Made by a program: the position numbers and the translations under genes
Shown here: in pieces, positions 1 to 12,419 of the stretch
Layout of the letters: each line of letters starts with the position of its first letter
Numbering within the stretch: the stretch's first letter is position 1
Source: Laetmonice hystrix
Taxonomy: Eukaryota
Length of the DNA stretch: 64,000 nt
Assembly: GCA_965235115.1 (NCBI GenBank)
Contig: OZ249436.1
Coordinates: 9,364,001 to 9,428,000, forward strand
Reading direction: 5' to 3'
Notes under the pieces: generated by a model
The model's database searches: none
The model's input: the letters and a program-made list of their open reading frames with translations, nothing else
What the model was told of the DNA's origin: nothing

Positions 1-32
1 AAACCCACTGCAGGTACATCTCGCCATACCAT

Positions 33-2784
33 CACTGTGACGACACCTACCAGCGTAACTCGAGTTACCTAGGTTCAACATGGCGGACGTTAAGTTCAGC
101 CCATTTTCTCCCTCACGATTGCTTCTCTATTAGCGCATTATATATCTAAATATTTGGTTTGGGAAGAGTTTATGAACGGTTCATTATGTGTATGGGGTTC
201 CTTCCATGTAATCTTAGTTGCTGAAGGAGAAATCGCGTACTGTTTTGGGGCTAGTACCTGCGTAACTCATTCTGCGGTACCTGCGTAACTCTAACCCAGT
301 TTTGGGCGGTTACCAGCGTAACTCGGCAAAGTCTATAAATTATAATTATTTATAGTCCATTACGATGTACGTCTATGTATTGAAATTAGGTTGCAATTAC
401 TACAAAGCGCATGTGTTGAAATGTGGCTGCAGAGTACTATATTTTTTCATTAATGAATGTTCAAATTTGTTGGGAAAGTACCGGTACATACCGATCCAGT
501 GCATTTATATCATAATGAGAAACAAACAAAGAACAAACGGAAAGTCCGAATGTTAACATTTTAAATTGTAACATTAACCCAGTATGAAGTTATGACAGTG
601 GACTGTAATTTTCATTACTTTCATCTAGGAAGAGGGGCGAGACATGTGAGAGGAAGGATCTTACCTTACAGTACTAGTACATAGTTTGCCTATGAGATAC
701 CACATAAAATAATATTACGGTGGGAGGGGGATGGCAATTAGTCCATGATAAAATTAATGACTAATGAGGCATCAATGTCCTCTGATAAACCCCACAGTTT
801 GTCAATATGGTGCTAGAACCAATATAACAGGACCTGGCAAAAGAACATCTTCAACCTCAACAAATAATTTTACTTATACAAGACGTACCCTCTACATTGA
901 ATGACTGAAATTTAATTAGCATTATAAATACCGGTACATGATAACAATACAGGAACCTGAGCTGGAACTCCACTTGGAATGATTAACACAATATGTTAAA
1001 TGTCCATTTTTATACGAAATATAAACTGTAGAGCTGCATTGACTAGCACTGGTAATATGGATGTTACGCGCCATCGGTCGATCTGACCCATCGGCCGATG
1101 GGTCAGACCCATCGGTGGATCGGCTAACGGGTCGCCCATCGACCGATATATAGGTCTGACCCATCGGTGGATGGGTGATTGGTAAACCAGGAGACATGAA
1201 ATGACATGAAAACCTAGAGGAGACAACCTCTCAACCGGAGCCGCAGGCCTCCCTTCAGTCAAGAACTCAGATCCCCCAGCCACCTCCGCCCGAGACCACC
1301 CAGCCACCTCTTGCCCAGACCCCACACCCACCTCCTGTCCAGACCCCACACCCACCTCCTGTCCAGACCTCACACCCACCTCCTGTCCAGACCCCACACC
1401 CACCTCCTGTCCAGACCTCACACCCACCTCCTGTCCAGACCCCACACCCACCTCCTGTCCAGACCCCACACCCACCTCCTGTCCAGACCTCACACCCACC
1501 TCCTGTCCAGACCCCACACCCACCTCCTGTCCAGACCTCACACCCACCTCCTGTCCAGACCCCACACCCACCTCCTGTCCAGACCCCACACCCACCTCCT
1601 GTCCAGACCCCACACCCACCTCCGCCCCAGACCTCACACCCACCTCCGCCCCAGACCACCCAGCCACCTCTTGCCCAGACCCGACATCCACCTTCTGTCC
1701 AGACCCCACACCCACCTCCTGTCCAGACCCCACAACCACCTCCTGTCCAGACCGCACACCCACCTCCTGTCCAGACCCCACACTCACCTCCTGTCCAGAC
1801 CCCACACCCACCTCCTGCCAGACCCCACACCCACCGCCTGTCCAGACCCCACACCCACCTCATGTCCAGACCTCACACCCACCTCCTGTCCAGACCGCAC
1901 ACCCACCTCCTGTCCAGACCCCACACTCACCTCCTGTCCAGACCCCACACCCACCTCCTGCCAGACCCCACACCCACCGCCTGTCCAGACCCCACACCCA
2001 CCTCATGTCCAGACCTCACACCCACCTCCTGTCCAGACACCACACCCACCCCCTGCCAGACCCCACACCCACCTCCTGCCAGGCCCCACACCCACCTCCT
2101 GTCCAGACCCCACACCCACCTCCTGTCCAGACCTCACACCCACCTCCTGTCATTAAATCGGTCACCATTGTTGCCATGTTTGATTACCCCCGGATTTACC
2201 CGCTGCTACTCAACTTTTTTTCACACATTTCAAGTTACAGCTCTTCCTCGATGATGCCCGTCAACAAGGTGGCCGCTCCTTTGACTTCTGAAGTGTCTAT
2301 CTCGGCATAAAAAATGTCCATGATTATTATAATGCTTCGAAACATGTCTATGGATCAGTTTGTGCTGGGCACACCCGTCAAAAGTATGGATAGGACAAAA
2401 ATAAGGGTCCTTATGAACACTCCTGGGTGTAGGCCCCCTAATTGTCTCCTTGCATCATATTATCTGGGTGTGCACCTTAGTGCATAAACAGAGAGTTACG
2501 CAGGTACAAGCCTTCGAGTTACGTTGGTTTGTCTGTTTCCCTGAGATAGAGTTACGCAGGTACTAGCCCCAAAACAGTACGCTATTTCTCCTTCAGCAAC
2601 TAAGATTACATGGAAGGAACCCCATACACATAATGAACCGTTCATAAACTCTTCCCAAACCAAATATTTAGATATATAATATGCTAATAGAGAAGCAATC
2701 GTGAGGGAGAAAATGGGCTGAACTTAACGTCCGCCATGTTGAACCTAGGTAACTCGAGTTACGCTGGTAGGTGTCGTCACAGTG
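33..2784. mobile_element. Non-autonomous TIR DNA transposon, Transib-like (CAC termini, 5-bp TSD)
   Basis: 236-bp inverted repeats at 33-268 and 2549-2784 with about 3 mismatches by eye. Termini are CACTGTG...CACAGTG. Direct repeat ACCAT at 28-32 and 2785-2789. The empty site CGCCATACCATGCAGC survives in neighbouring minisatellite units. No transposase ORF inside. Confidence 0.85.
1277..2150. repeat. Minisatellite, ~24-bp unit (CCAGACCCCACACCCACCTCCTGT), inside the TIR element
   Basis: Direct tandem copies; source of the repetitive ORFs at 996-2310. Confidence 0.95.
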
Positions 2785-3084
2785 ACCATGCAGCACCCTG
2801 AATACTGGGTGATAGCGCTCCATGACGGGCCTACGGTAAACCCACTGCAGGTACATCTCGCCATACCATGCAGCACCCTGAATACTGGGTGATAGCGCTC
2901 CATGACGGGCCTACGGTAAACCCACTGCAGGTATACACCTCGCCATACCATGCAGCACCTTGAATACTGGGTGATAGCGCTCCATGCCGGGCCTACGGTA
3001 AACCCACTGCAGGTATACACCTCGCCATACCATGCAGCACCCTGAATACTGGGTGATAGCGCTCCATGCAGGGCCTACGGTAAA
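2785..3084. repeat. Minisatellite, 80-82-bp unit; continues at 1-32 on the other side of the transposon
   Basis: ACCATGCAGCACC recurs at 2785, 2865, 2947 and 3029. Positions 1-32 match the end of the unit. Confidence 0.95.
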
Positions 3085-3699
3085 TGCAGCTATTCTCTCT
3101 AGATTCAAACATTTATGAAAACCGGCTAGTAACTCAGAGTGATAATCGGTTTGGATACTGAACTTTCTTTACAAATAATTATCCATTGATTATCGAACAA
3201 CTTGTGATTGTGAAGTTGGCAGGTACTAACCACAATGTCCAACCTGACAACTAAAGACGGTCCTATCTCTCCGAGTACAGCGCCTGCCGTGTCAGGGGCC
3301 GGTGGAGGTACTCATAGCTCAGAGTAGATTCAGACGTGAGTTACCGAATGTATCATTTGCAGGAACGTGCGTCCTCAAGGTAATTAGCCTGAGGCTGAGC
3401 CGAGAGTGACCTCACGAGTGGTCTCCTCGAGTCAGGTCCGGTATGCAGACAGTGCGGACAAACTCCGTGCTGGGTCACGCAAGACAAACGGTGAAGTGAG
3501 TGAGTTAATCTAATAAGGCGCCCCGACGTTCAAGTCATGCAACACGAATGTAGAAGTAGTGAATGAACTATAGCCAACATTGTACGCTCAACATCATGAG
3601 GAATCTTTAATGTGAATGTTGTTATCGTTGCCACATTATAGCGTGTACGTTTCTTGGAAGATCATCCCCTGACAGTGAAATAAAATGACCGATGTTGTA

Positions 3700-5620
3700 A
3701 GCCTGGAGAAGAGCTCATCATACCAGTAGTCACGTGTAATCGAGAGGGAAATAGGCAGAACGTGTGTGTACCAAACAGAGCTTACTTCATACACAGATAT
3801 ATTCCCCAAGGAAACCCGAAGGCTATTCCCAGTAATCGATTGCTTTGCCCCGTGGAAATCGTCCATTTCCATATACTACTAACAACTACTCTAGCTATTG
3901 ATTTGACCTACATTCAATACGTTCTGCTCAATTATAGGGTTGCCAGAAGATGGCAGATAAATATCTTGGGATAATCCTAATAAAAGATGTATTCGGCAAT
4001 ATTAGATTGACATCTGTTATTCTCCTGAATGAGGTTTTATATCATCTGAACTTCCTCCCCATAAAACACGGGTGGATTGGGCGCAGGAAGTGGAGCTCGG
4101 AGCACGGGTGGATTGGGCGCAGGAGGTGGAGCTCGGAGCACGGGTGGATTGGGAGCAGGAAGTGGAGCTCGGGGCACGGGTGGATTGGGCACAGGAAGTG
4201 GAGCTCGGAGCACGGGTGGATTGGGAACAGGAAGTGGAGCTCGGAGCACAGGTGGATTGGGCACAGGAAGTGGAGCTCGGAGCACGGGTGGATTGGGCGC
4301 ATGAGGTGGAGCTCGGAGCACGGGTGGATTGGGCGCAGGAAGTGGAGCTCGGAGCACGGGTGGATTGGGCGCAGGAAGTGGAGCTCGGAGCACGGGTGGT
4401 TTGGGCGCAGGAAGTGGAGCTCGGAGCACGGGTGGATTGGGCGCAGGAAGTGGAGCTCGGAGCACGGGTGGATTGGGCACACAGGAAGTGGAGCTCGGAG
4501 CACGGGTGGATTGGGCACACAGGAAGTGGAGCTCGGAGCACGGGTGGATTGGGCACACAGGAAGTGGAGCTCGGAGCACGGGTGGATTGGGCGCAGGAGG
4601 TGGAGCTCGGAGCACGGGTGGATTGGGAGCAGGAAGTGGAGCTCGGGGCACGGGTGGATTGGGCACAGGAAGTGGAGCTCGGAGCACGGGTGGATTGGGA
4701 ACAGGAAGTGGAGCTCGGAGCACAGGTGGATTGGGCACAGGAAGTGGAGCTCGGAGCACGGGTGGATTGGGCGCATGAGGTGGAGCTCGGAGCACGGGTG
4801 GATTGGGCGCAGGAAGTGGCGCTAGGAGCACGGGTGGATTGGGCACACAGGAAGTGGAGCTCGGAGCACGGATGGATTGGGCGCAGGAGGTGGAGCTCGG
4901 AGCACGGGTGGATTGGGCGCAGGAAGTGGAGCTCGGAGCACGGGTGGATTGGGCGCAGAAAGTGGAGCTCGGAGCACGGGTGGATTGGGCGCAGGAAGTG
5001 GAGCTCGGAGCACAGGTGGATTGGGCGCAGGAAGTGGAGCTCGGAGCACGGGTGGATTGGGCGCAGGAGGTGGAGCTCGGAGCACGGGTGGATTGGGCAC
5101 ACAGGAAGTGGAGCTCAGAGCACGGGTGGATTGGGCGCAGGAGGTGGAGCTCGGAGCACGGGTGGATTGGGCGCAGGAAGTGGAGGTCGGAGCACGGGTG
5201 GATTGGGCGCAGGAAGTGGAGCTCGGAGCACGGGTGGATTGGGCGCAGAAAGTGGAGCTCGGAGCACGGGTGGATTGAGCACACAGGAAGTGGAGCTCGG
5301 AGCACGGGTGGATTGGGCACACAGGAAGTGGACCTCGGAACAAGGGTGGATTGGGCGCAGGAAGTGGAGCTCGGAGCGACACTTTAAGCCGTATACACCC
5401 ACGGCAGGGCTCTTCCTCACGATATCTTCCGTGTTTCACTAACCGATTATAGGGTCAGCATGAAAAGACTTCCATTTGCCTTTAATGGGATAATGGGAAC
5501 CTCGATCATACCCCTGGATATGTCTTGAGGGTCGTATCCACGGCATGAGTCGGCCTTTTTGGTGCAATTGTTAACCATAATAGACACGAATATGGACACA
5601 TAGGCATAGAATCTACGGCA
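3700..5620 (+). mobile_element. Decayed RTE-like LINE reverse-transcriptase relic, split by the 36-bp array
   Basis: Stop-ridden translations in the expected order: IEREIGRTCVY (~RGVRQGCVLS) near 3740, DKYLGIIL (~KYLG) near 3955, and YPWICLEGRIHGMSRP (~ILEGxxxGxRxRGRP) near 5510-5555. Recognised by eye only. Confidence 0.4.
4066..5378. repeat. Minisatellite, 36-bp unit (GGAGCACGGGTGGATTGGGCGCAGGAAGTGGAGCTC) with 38-bp variants
   Basis: About 36 tandem copies; open in several frames, giving artefactual ORFs. Confidence 0.97.
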
Positions 5621-6203
5621 ATATATTTGTATATGCTCACATTTTAGATTTCTTATACATGTATGCATGTGTATAATGTCCTGGGGCTAACAATAACCGT
5701 GAATTTTCAGGTAGTTTAGTGTACCAATTTGGACCCAACATGGATATTTATTTGGCCGCACCCAGCGTCTGGAGAAAAGATGACTTGATCGGCTATCGGA
5801 TATAGACAAACATTTAATGATGACCTGATCGGATATAGACAAACATTAAAAAAAACTCGTTTTGGATGTCCACGAGTCATTTAGAATTATTGCTAGCTAG
5901 TCATAAAAAAATCGTAACTAACTATATATCAAGACTGAGCTTTGTGTAAACAGACGTTTATATTTCTTTATATCATGGGGACTATGTCATTGTATATATG
6001 ACGGTAGACTATAGAAAAAATGATTATGTTCTAAACTCCCTGTTTCATCATAATTCACTCGAACCAGACCTATATGCTGGAGCGAGTCAAGCTGCACACA
6101 CCCTTAATTTGTCCACTAAAAAACATTCTGAAAAAAGAAGAAAAAAGAAGACGAAATAAAGAGTTGATGTCACGTCGTTGCGAACCCATTGAGTCGACTG
6201 CCC

Positions 6204-6709
6204 ATGGATTAGCGGGCGGTGTGTCCGTGGGTTAGCGGGTGGTGTGTCAATGGGTTAGCGGGCGGTGTGTCCGTGGGTTAGCGGTCGGTGTGTCAATGGG
6301 TTAGCGGGCGGTGTGTCCGTGGGTTAGCGGGCGGTGTGTCAATGGGTTAGGGGCGGTGTGTCAATGGGTTAGCGGGCGGTGTGTCAATGGGTTAGGGGGC
6401 GGTGTGTCAATGGGTTAGCGGGCGGTGTGTCCGTGGGTTAGCGGGCGGTGTGTCAATGGGTTAGAGGGCGGTGTGTCCGTGGGTTAGCGGGCGGTGTGTC
6501 AATGGGTTAGCGGGCGGTGTCCGTGGGTTAGCGGGCGGTGTGTCAATGGGTTAGCGGGCGGTGTGTCCGTGGGTTAGCGGGCGGTGTGTCCGTGGGTTAG
6601 CGGGCGGTGTGTCCGTGGGTTAGTGGGCGGTGTGTCAATGGGTTAGCGGGCGGTGTGTCCATGGGTTAGAGGGCGGTGTGTCCGTGGGTTAGCGGGCGGT
6701 GTGTCCATG
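6204..6709. repeat. G-rich minisatellite, 23-bp unit (GGGTTAGCGGGCGGTGTGTCAAT/CCGT)
   Basis: About 22 tandem copies in two main variants. Confidence 0.95.
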
Positions 6710-6821
6710 TCGGACCACCAACGGACGGTGAATTGGGCAATGGCGGCGGACCGCTGGTTACAGAGCGTCGTGATCTGTCAGCCATCGGTACGATGAGGCT
6801 CGACACCATTCATCAGTACGT

Positions 6822-8639
6822 TAAGGGTCCCTACAACATGACTGTATAACTCCCTGCCTATCTCACCCACCCTCCACACACACCACACTAAGGGCGCCTA
6901 CAACATGACTGTATAACTCCCTGCCTATCTCACCCACCCTCCACACACACCACACTAAGGGCGCCTACAACATGACTGTATAACTCCCTGCCTATCTCAC
7001 CCACCCTCCACACACACCACACTAAGGGCGCCTACAACATGACTGTATAACTCCCTGCCTATCTCACCCACCCTCCACACACACCACACTAAGGGCGCCT
7101 ATACAACATGACTGTATAACTCCCTGCCTATCTCACCCACCCTCCACACACACCACACTAAGGGCGCCTACAACATGACTGTATAACTCCCTGCCTATCT
7201 CACCCACCCTCCACACACACCACACTAAGGGCGCCTACAACATGACTGTATAACTCCCTGCCTATCTCACCCACCCTCCACACACACCACACTAAGGGCG
7301 CCTACAACATGACTGTATAACTCCCTGCCTATCTCACCCACCCTCCACACACACCACACTAAGGGCGCCGACAACATGACTCTATAACTCCCTGCCTATC
7401 TCACCCACCCTCCACACACACCACACTAAGGGCGCCTACAACATGACTGTATAACTCCCTGCCTATCTCACCCACCCTCCACACACACCCCACTAAGGGC
7501 GCCTACAACATGACTCTATAACTCCCTGCCTATCTCACCCACCCTCCACACACACCACACTATGGGCGCCTACAACATGACTGTATAACTCCCTGCCTAT
7601 CTCACCCACCCTCCACACACACCACACTAAGGGCGCCGACAACATGACTGTATAACTCCCTGCCTATCTCACCCACCCTCCACACACACCCCACTAAGGG
7701 CGCCTACAACATGACTGTATAACTCCCTGCCTATCTCACCTACCCTCCACACACACCACACTAAGGGCGCCTACAACATGACTGTATAACTCCCTGCCTA
7801 TCTCACCCACCCTCCACACACACCACACTATGGGCGCCTACAACATGACTGTATAACTCCCTGCCTATCTCACCCACCCTCCACACACACCACACTAAGG
7901 GCGCCTACAACATGACTGTATAACTCCCTGCCTATCTCACCCACCCTCCACACACACCCCACTAAGGGCGCCTATACAACATGACTGTATAACTCCCTGC
8001 CTATCTCACCCACCCTCCACACACACCCCACTAAGGGCGCCTATACAACATGACTGTATAACTCCCTGCCTATCTCACCCACCCTCCACACACACCACAC
8101 TAAGGGCGCCTACAACATGACTGTATAACTCCCTGCCTATCTCACCCACCCTCCACACACACCACACTATAGGGCGCCTACAACATGACTGTATAACTCC
8201 CTGCCTATCTCACCCACCCTCCACACACACCACACTATAGGGCGCCTACAACATGACTGTTTTACTCCCTGTCTATCTCACCCACCCTCCACACACACCA
8301 CACTAAGGGTCCCTACAACATGACTGTATAACTCCCTGCCTACCTCACCCACCCTCCACACACACCACACTAAGGGCGCCTACAACATGACTGTATAACT
8401 CCCTGCCTATCTCACCTACCCTCCACACACACCCCACTATAGGGCGCCTACAACATGACTGTATAACTCCCTGCCTATCTCACCCACCCTTCACACACAC
8501 CACACTAAGGGCGCCTACAACATGACTGTATAACTCCCTGCCTATCTCACCCACCCTCCACACACACCCCACTAAGGGCGCCGACAACATGACTGTATAA
8601 CTCCCTGCCTATCTCACCCACCCTCCACACACACCCCAC
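6822..8639. repeat. Minisatellite, 67-bp unit
   Basis: CTACAACATGACTG recurs every 67 bp (6831, 6898, ...); about 27 copies. Confidence 0.97.
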
Positions 8640-10809
8640 CTCATACTAACACTCCACAAGGACCAACCCCAATGCAAACATACTCCACTGCACTCTCAAC
8701 GACGTGTTGTTTGCCTTTTTGTTAATGTCATTCACTCTTTAATCCAGTGTCCTGACTGAAAGTGTCCTATTTATAGACAAGGGTTGTCAACGGGTGAGAG
8801 ACTTGCCGCCAAATAAAGCTCAGTGACGTCATTCGTTCATACACCTTAGTTACCTGAAGGAAGGGGGTCTTTCCTCATGGTGGGCGCCACGGCAGACATT
8901 GCTGACGGTCATTGGTCACTCAGACGCCGACATCCACAGCGTCCAGGCTAAACGACGCCAGCCGGGGGTGGGGGTAGGGGGGGGGGGGGGCTCGAGCCGG
9001 GCGGGGGGTGGATAAGCAAACGCGCGGCTAATCGAATGAGCGTCTAAGCGGAGGAGGTGAACAATCGGCCCACGTTGATTACGATGGAGTTGTAATTACC
9101 CTTTCCAGGCCCTTCTTACGTAATATAGCCATCACTGCTTATCAATCTTCCTTGACCGGAAGTTAATGAACGTTAGTCTTGGCAGGAAATGTAGATGACC
9201 CGAAGCGTGAGGGAGGAGTAGGAGGAGGGAAGGAGAGGGAAGATATGGAAGATGGGGAGGAGCAGGGAGGAGCTATACGTAACGATGCAGCTGATCGAAA
9301 ACAAGACACTCCGGATCACTAGCCACCCCATCATCACATCCGGTGTGAGAACGGTCGCTGCCAACGCCGGTATCATGTCAAAAAGTCCGAGTTGGCTTTT
9401 CTGAGCAACGGAAATATTTTGAGAATCTACATACACATCCGGTCAAGCCCCCCCCCCTTCTCTCCCTTATTTCTATTCCTTTTTTTATCGCTGTGTTGAA
9501 ACATTATAAAAGAGTTATAAAAATAAAACTCCACTGTAATGATAGTTATTCGTCTGGTGAAGCTATAAAATCGTACGAATCCATTTACAATATAATGTGA
9601 AGTACCATTTGCCGGAAAGCTGTCCAATGTCGTTCCGGCACAGAAAAAAAGGCTGGCTGCTTGTAACAGAGCCTCGATTTGGGAGAGGAGCCCCGTGCCT
9701 CCACCGTCGGTGGCCGAATCGCCTTCAATATGGTCGTGTCGGTAATGACATATTTTTCATGAATACAAATTGATTTATTGGAGGGACGCGTTCTAGACGT
9801 TGACAGATGCCCCAACGGGGGCCGTCGAGCCTTCCGCTCTATTACCTTCAAACAGGGATATTAGACTTACTCGGGTCGCTAGCAGGCACTGCGAGCCGGC
9901 AGTTCCTGTATCAGCAGCAACAGCAGCTAAACACCAGGAAAGGCCCTAGTACACAAAGGCATTGGAAGATTCATGACAACGACACGGCACTCTGCCAATT
10001 TAACATCATTGTCATTGGCACTTCAACAACAACGACGACGACAACAACAAAAACAATTCCACAGTAGATCACCCATGGAGACTGGCGGGGTCGACTGTCC
10101 CGTCCTCGCCCCACCCGGCTATGTGTACGTCTGCTGACCGGGCACGGCTCGGCACAGCCTCCTCCGGCCAAAGATCGGTTAGCTGACCCCTTCAGTGTGC
10201 TGGCTCGCCGTGACGGAAATGAATGACGGTCCGCTTTGTTCCCATTCGACGACGACTCGAGTTAATGTCGACGGGTCCAAGGTCGACGGGTCCAAGTTAA
10301 TGTGGCCAGGTCCAAGGTCGACGGGTCCAAGTTAATGTGGCCAGGTCCAAGGTCGGCGCCGTTGCCCATGGCTCCCACATTGTGAACACATACCAGAAGA
10401 CAGGCAATCGCGCTGTCCGCTAACTCCTGACCTTCTCTCGGTTAGAACCGCCGACGTTTTCCGACCTCTGGGCCAGCCCTGATTGGACAAACTCGCCATT
10501 AGCCGCTTTTGTTTTTAGACACTGGATAATCACTAATTGTATTGTAGACGGAGAAGACCAGAAGTTTCGGAACAATCGTGGTTAGTTTTCATGGAGTTAT
10601 TGGTCCATAGTTTTCATGGAGTTATTGGTCCAAGGCTAATAAAGTCGGCTCAGAAATAGGCACTCGCGTAATGATTGGTCTGTTGTGACGTAAATTAAGT
10701 ATAACGTTACCCTTAGATGAGATCAAAGTACTTAAAGGGGATCCGTCAGCCTATATTGTCGCCCCCATCTCCTTATCCGCTGATTTCATGCTCACCTTGG
10801 CTCAAATAG

Positions 10810-10997
10810 CCATTTCAGTCATTATGTAACCTATCCTACATGCTACATTGGTGATAACATAAGAGTACTGTGCCATTTCAGTCATTATGTAGCCTATCCT
10901 ACATGCTACATTGGTGATAACATAAGAGAACTGTACCATTTCAGTCATTATGTAGCCTATCCTACATGCTACATTGGTGATAACATAAGAGTACTGT
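10810..10997. repeat. Tandem repeat, 63 bp x3
   Basis: CCATTTCAGTCATTATGTA at 10810, 10873 and 10936. Confidence 0.9.
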
Positions 10998-11222
10998 ACT
11001 GTAATTGGTGACATGCGATAAAATCCTAATATTTCATCTTTTTTGTCTTGAGTATGAGAAACTGCCGACCAGACGCGAGGGAATGTGATAAGTCGTGTCA
11101 CTGCACACCGGGACCGCACTACCTACGCGGATTTAAGTTTAATTTAATTTAATTTCCGATATGTTGTATCGTATTACAACAAGAAGTGTAGTTCCTGATC
11201 GACGTTGTTAGCGTGGAGGTTG

Positions 11223-11602
11223 GAAACAATATACTGGCCATTACAACGTCAGATCGCCTCCAACCACCTCGAATATCGAAACAATATACTGGCCATTACA
11301 ACGTTAGATCGCCTCCAACCACCTCGAATATCGAAACAATATACTGGCCATTACAACGTCAGATGGCCACCAACCACCTCGAATATCGAAACAATATACT
11401 GGCCATTACAACGTCAGATGGCCACCAACCACCTCGAATATCGAAACAATATACTGGCCATTACAACGTCAGATGGCCACCAACCACCTCGAATATCGAA
11501 ACAATATACTGGCCATTACAACGTCAGATCGCCTCCAACCACCTCGAATATCGAAACAATATACTGGCCATTACAACGTCAGATCGCCACTAACCACCTC
11601 GA
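11223..11602. repeat. Minisatellite, 55-bp unit x~7
   Basis: GAAACAATATACTGGCCATTACAACG recurs every 55 bp. Confidence 0.95.
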
Positions 11603-12152
11603 ACAGCCTCCAGCTAATTAAAATATTTGACCCCGAGTTCAGGTCAAGTTCATGGTATGGCCAGTGCGCATGTGCTTCTATAGTTTTATTATTTTATATT
11701 TAACAAAAAATACTTGTCGATATCGACGCGGTAAGGTGCCCAAGTGATATAAAAACATTGAGGGCATCTTTTCAATTCGATCTCCTTGTGAATCGATTGT
11801 ATAAACCTGAATTTCATGCCGAGTTATCTTTAAATACCTAATCAAACGACAAAGAGGTATATTAATTGAACATGCGTATTACAGTTGGTTCCGACGATGG
11901 TCCTAAGACGGTTGAGTAGCCAATCAAACATCGGGATCCCTACTTAAAGCTCGGATTACTGAACCCACTTGACAGCTAAGCGATGAGGTCTCCCCTACCT
12001 CTCTCTTTATGTAAAGCAACCCCAAAATAGTCGGAACCTTCACGTTTTGCTCTAATGTTCTACCTCTTACGATGTGAGACAGGTCAATACACCCTCGTGT
12101 TGGGAGTGGCTGTCAATACTGACATGAGAGGACACAGCGGAGAGACTTTGAG

Positions 12153-12283
12153 TTATACCGATTAATGGTATAGTTGGTCTTCGATTTATACCGATTAATG
12201 GTATAGTTGGTCTTCGATTTATACCGATTAATGGTATAGTTGGTCTTCGATTTATACCGATTAATGGTATAGTTGGTCTTCGA
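12153..12283. repeat. Tandem repeat, 33 bp x4
   Basis: TTATACCGATTAATGGTATAGTTGGTCTTCGA repeated. Confidence 0.9.
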
Positions 12284-12419
12284 AAGCTAAACTTGTAATA
12301 GGACACCGAAGAGGACCTTTATTAACGTAGATGCTGAGGGACATCCATTAAGGCTCGGGCCTCACAGAATTCAGATGAAGTATATAGGAACAGGCCTCTT
12401 CTCGCTGTGGAAGTCTGAG

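Noticed and set aside
33..70. Full RAG RSS (heptamer-12/23 spacer-nonamer)
   Set aside because: The heptamer-like CACTGTG is present, but there is no ACAAAAACC-like nonamer at either spacing and both ends are symmetric.
2155..2325. Transposase remnant in the Transib-like element (minus strand ...KKLSSSG*IRG*SNMA)
   Set aside because: Three stops in a short stretch and only faint similarity to a hAT motif; cannot be supported.
996..5442. Long repetitive ORFs (up to 456 aa) resembling mucin/extensin/antifreeze proteins
   Set aside because: They are open in several frames on both strands because 24- and 36-bp units lack stops. Indel variants shift frame freely, and there are no splice or domain signals.
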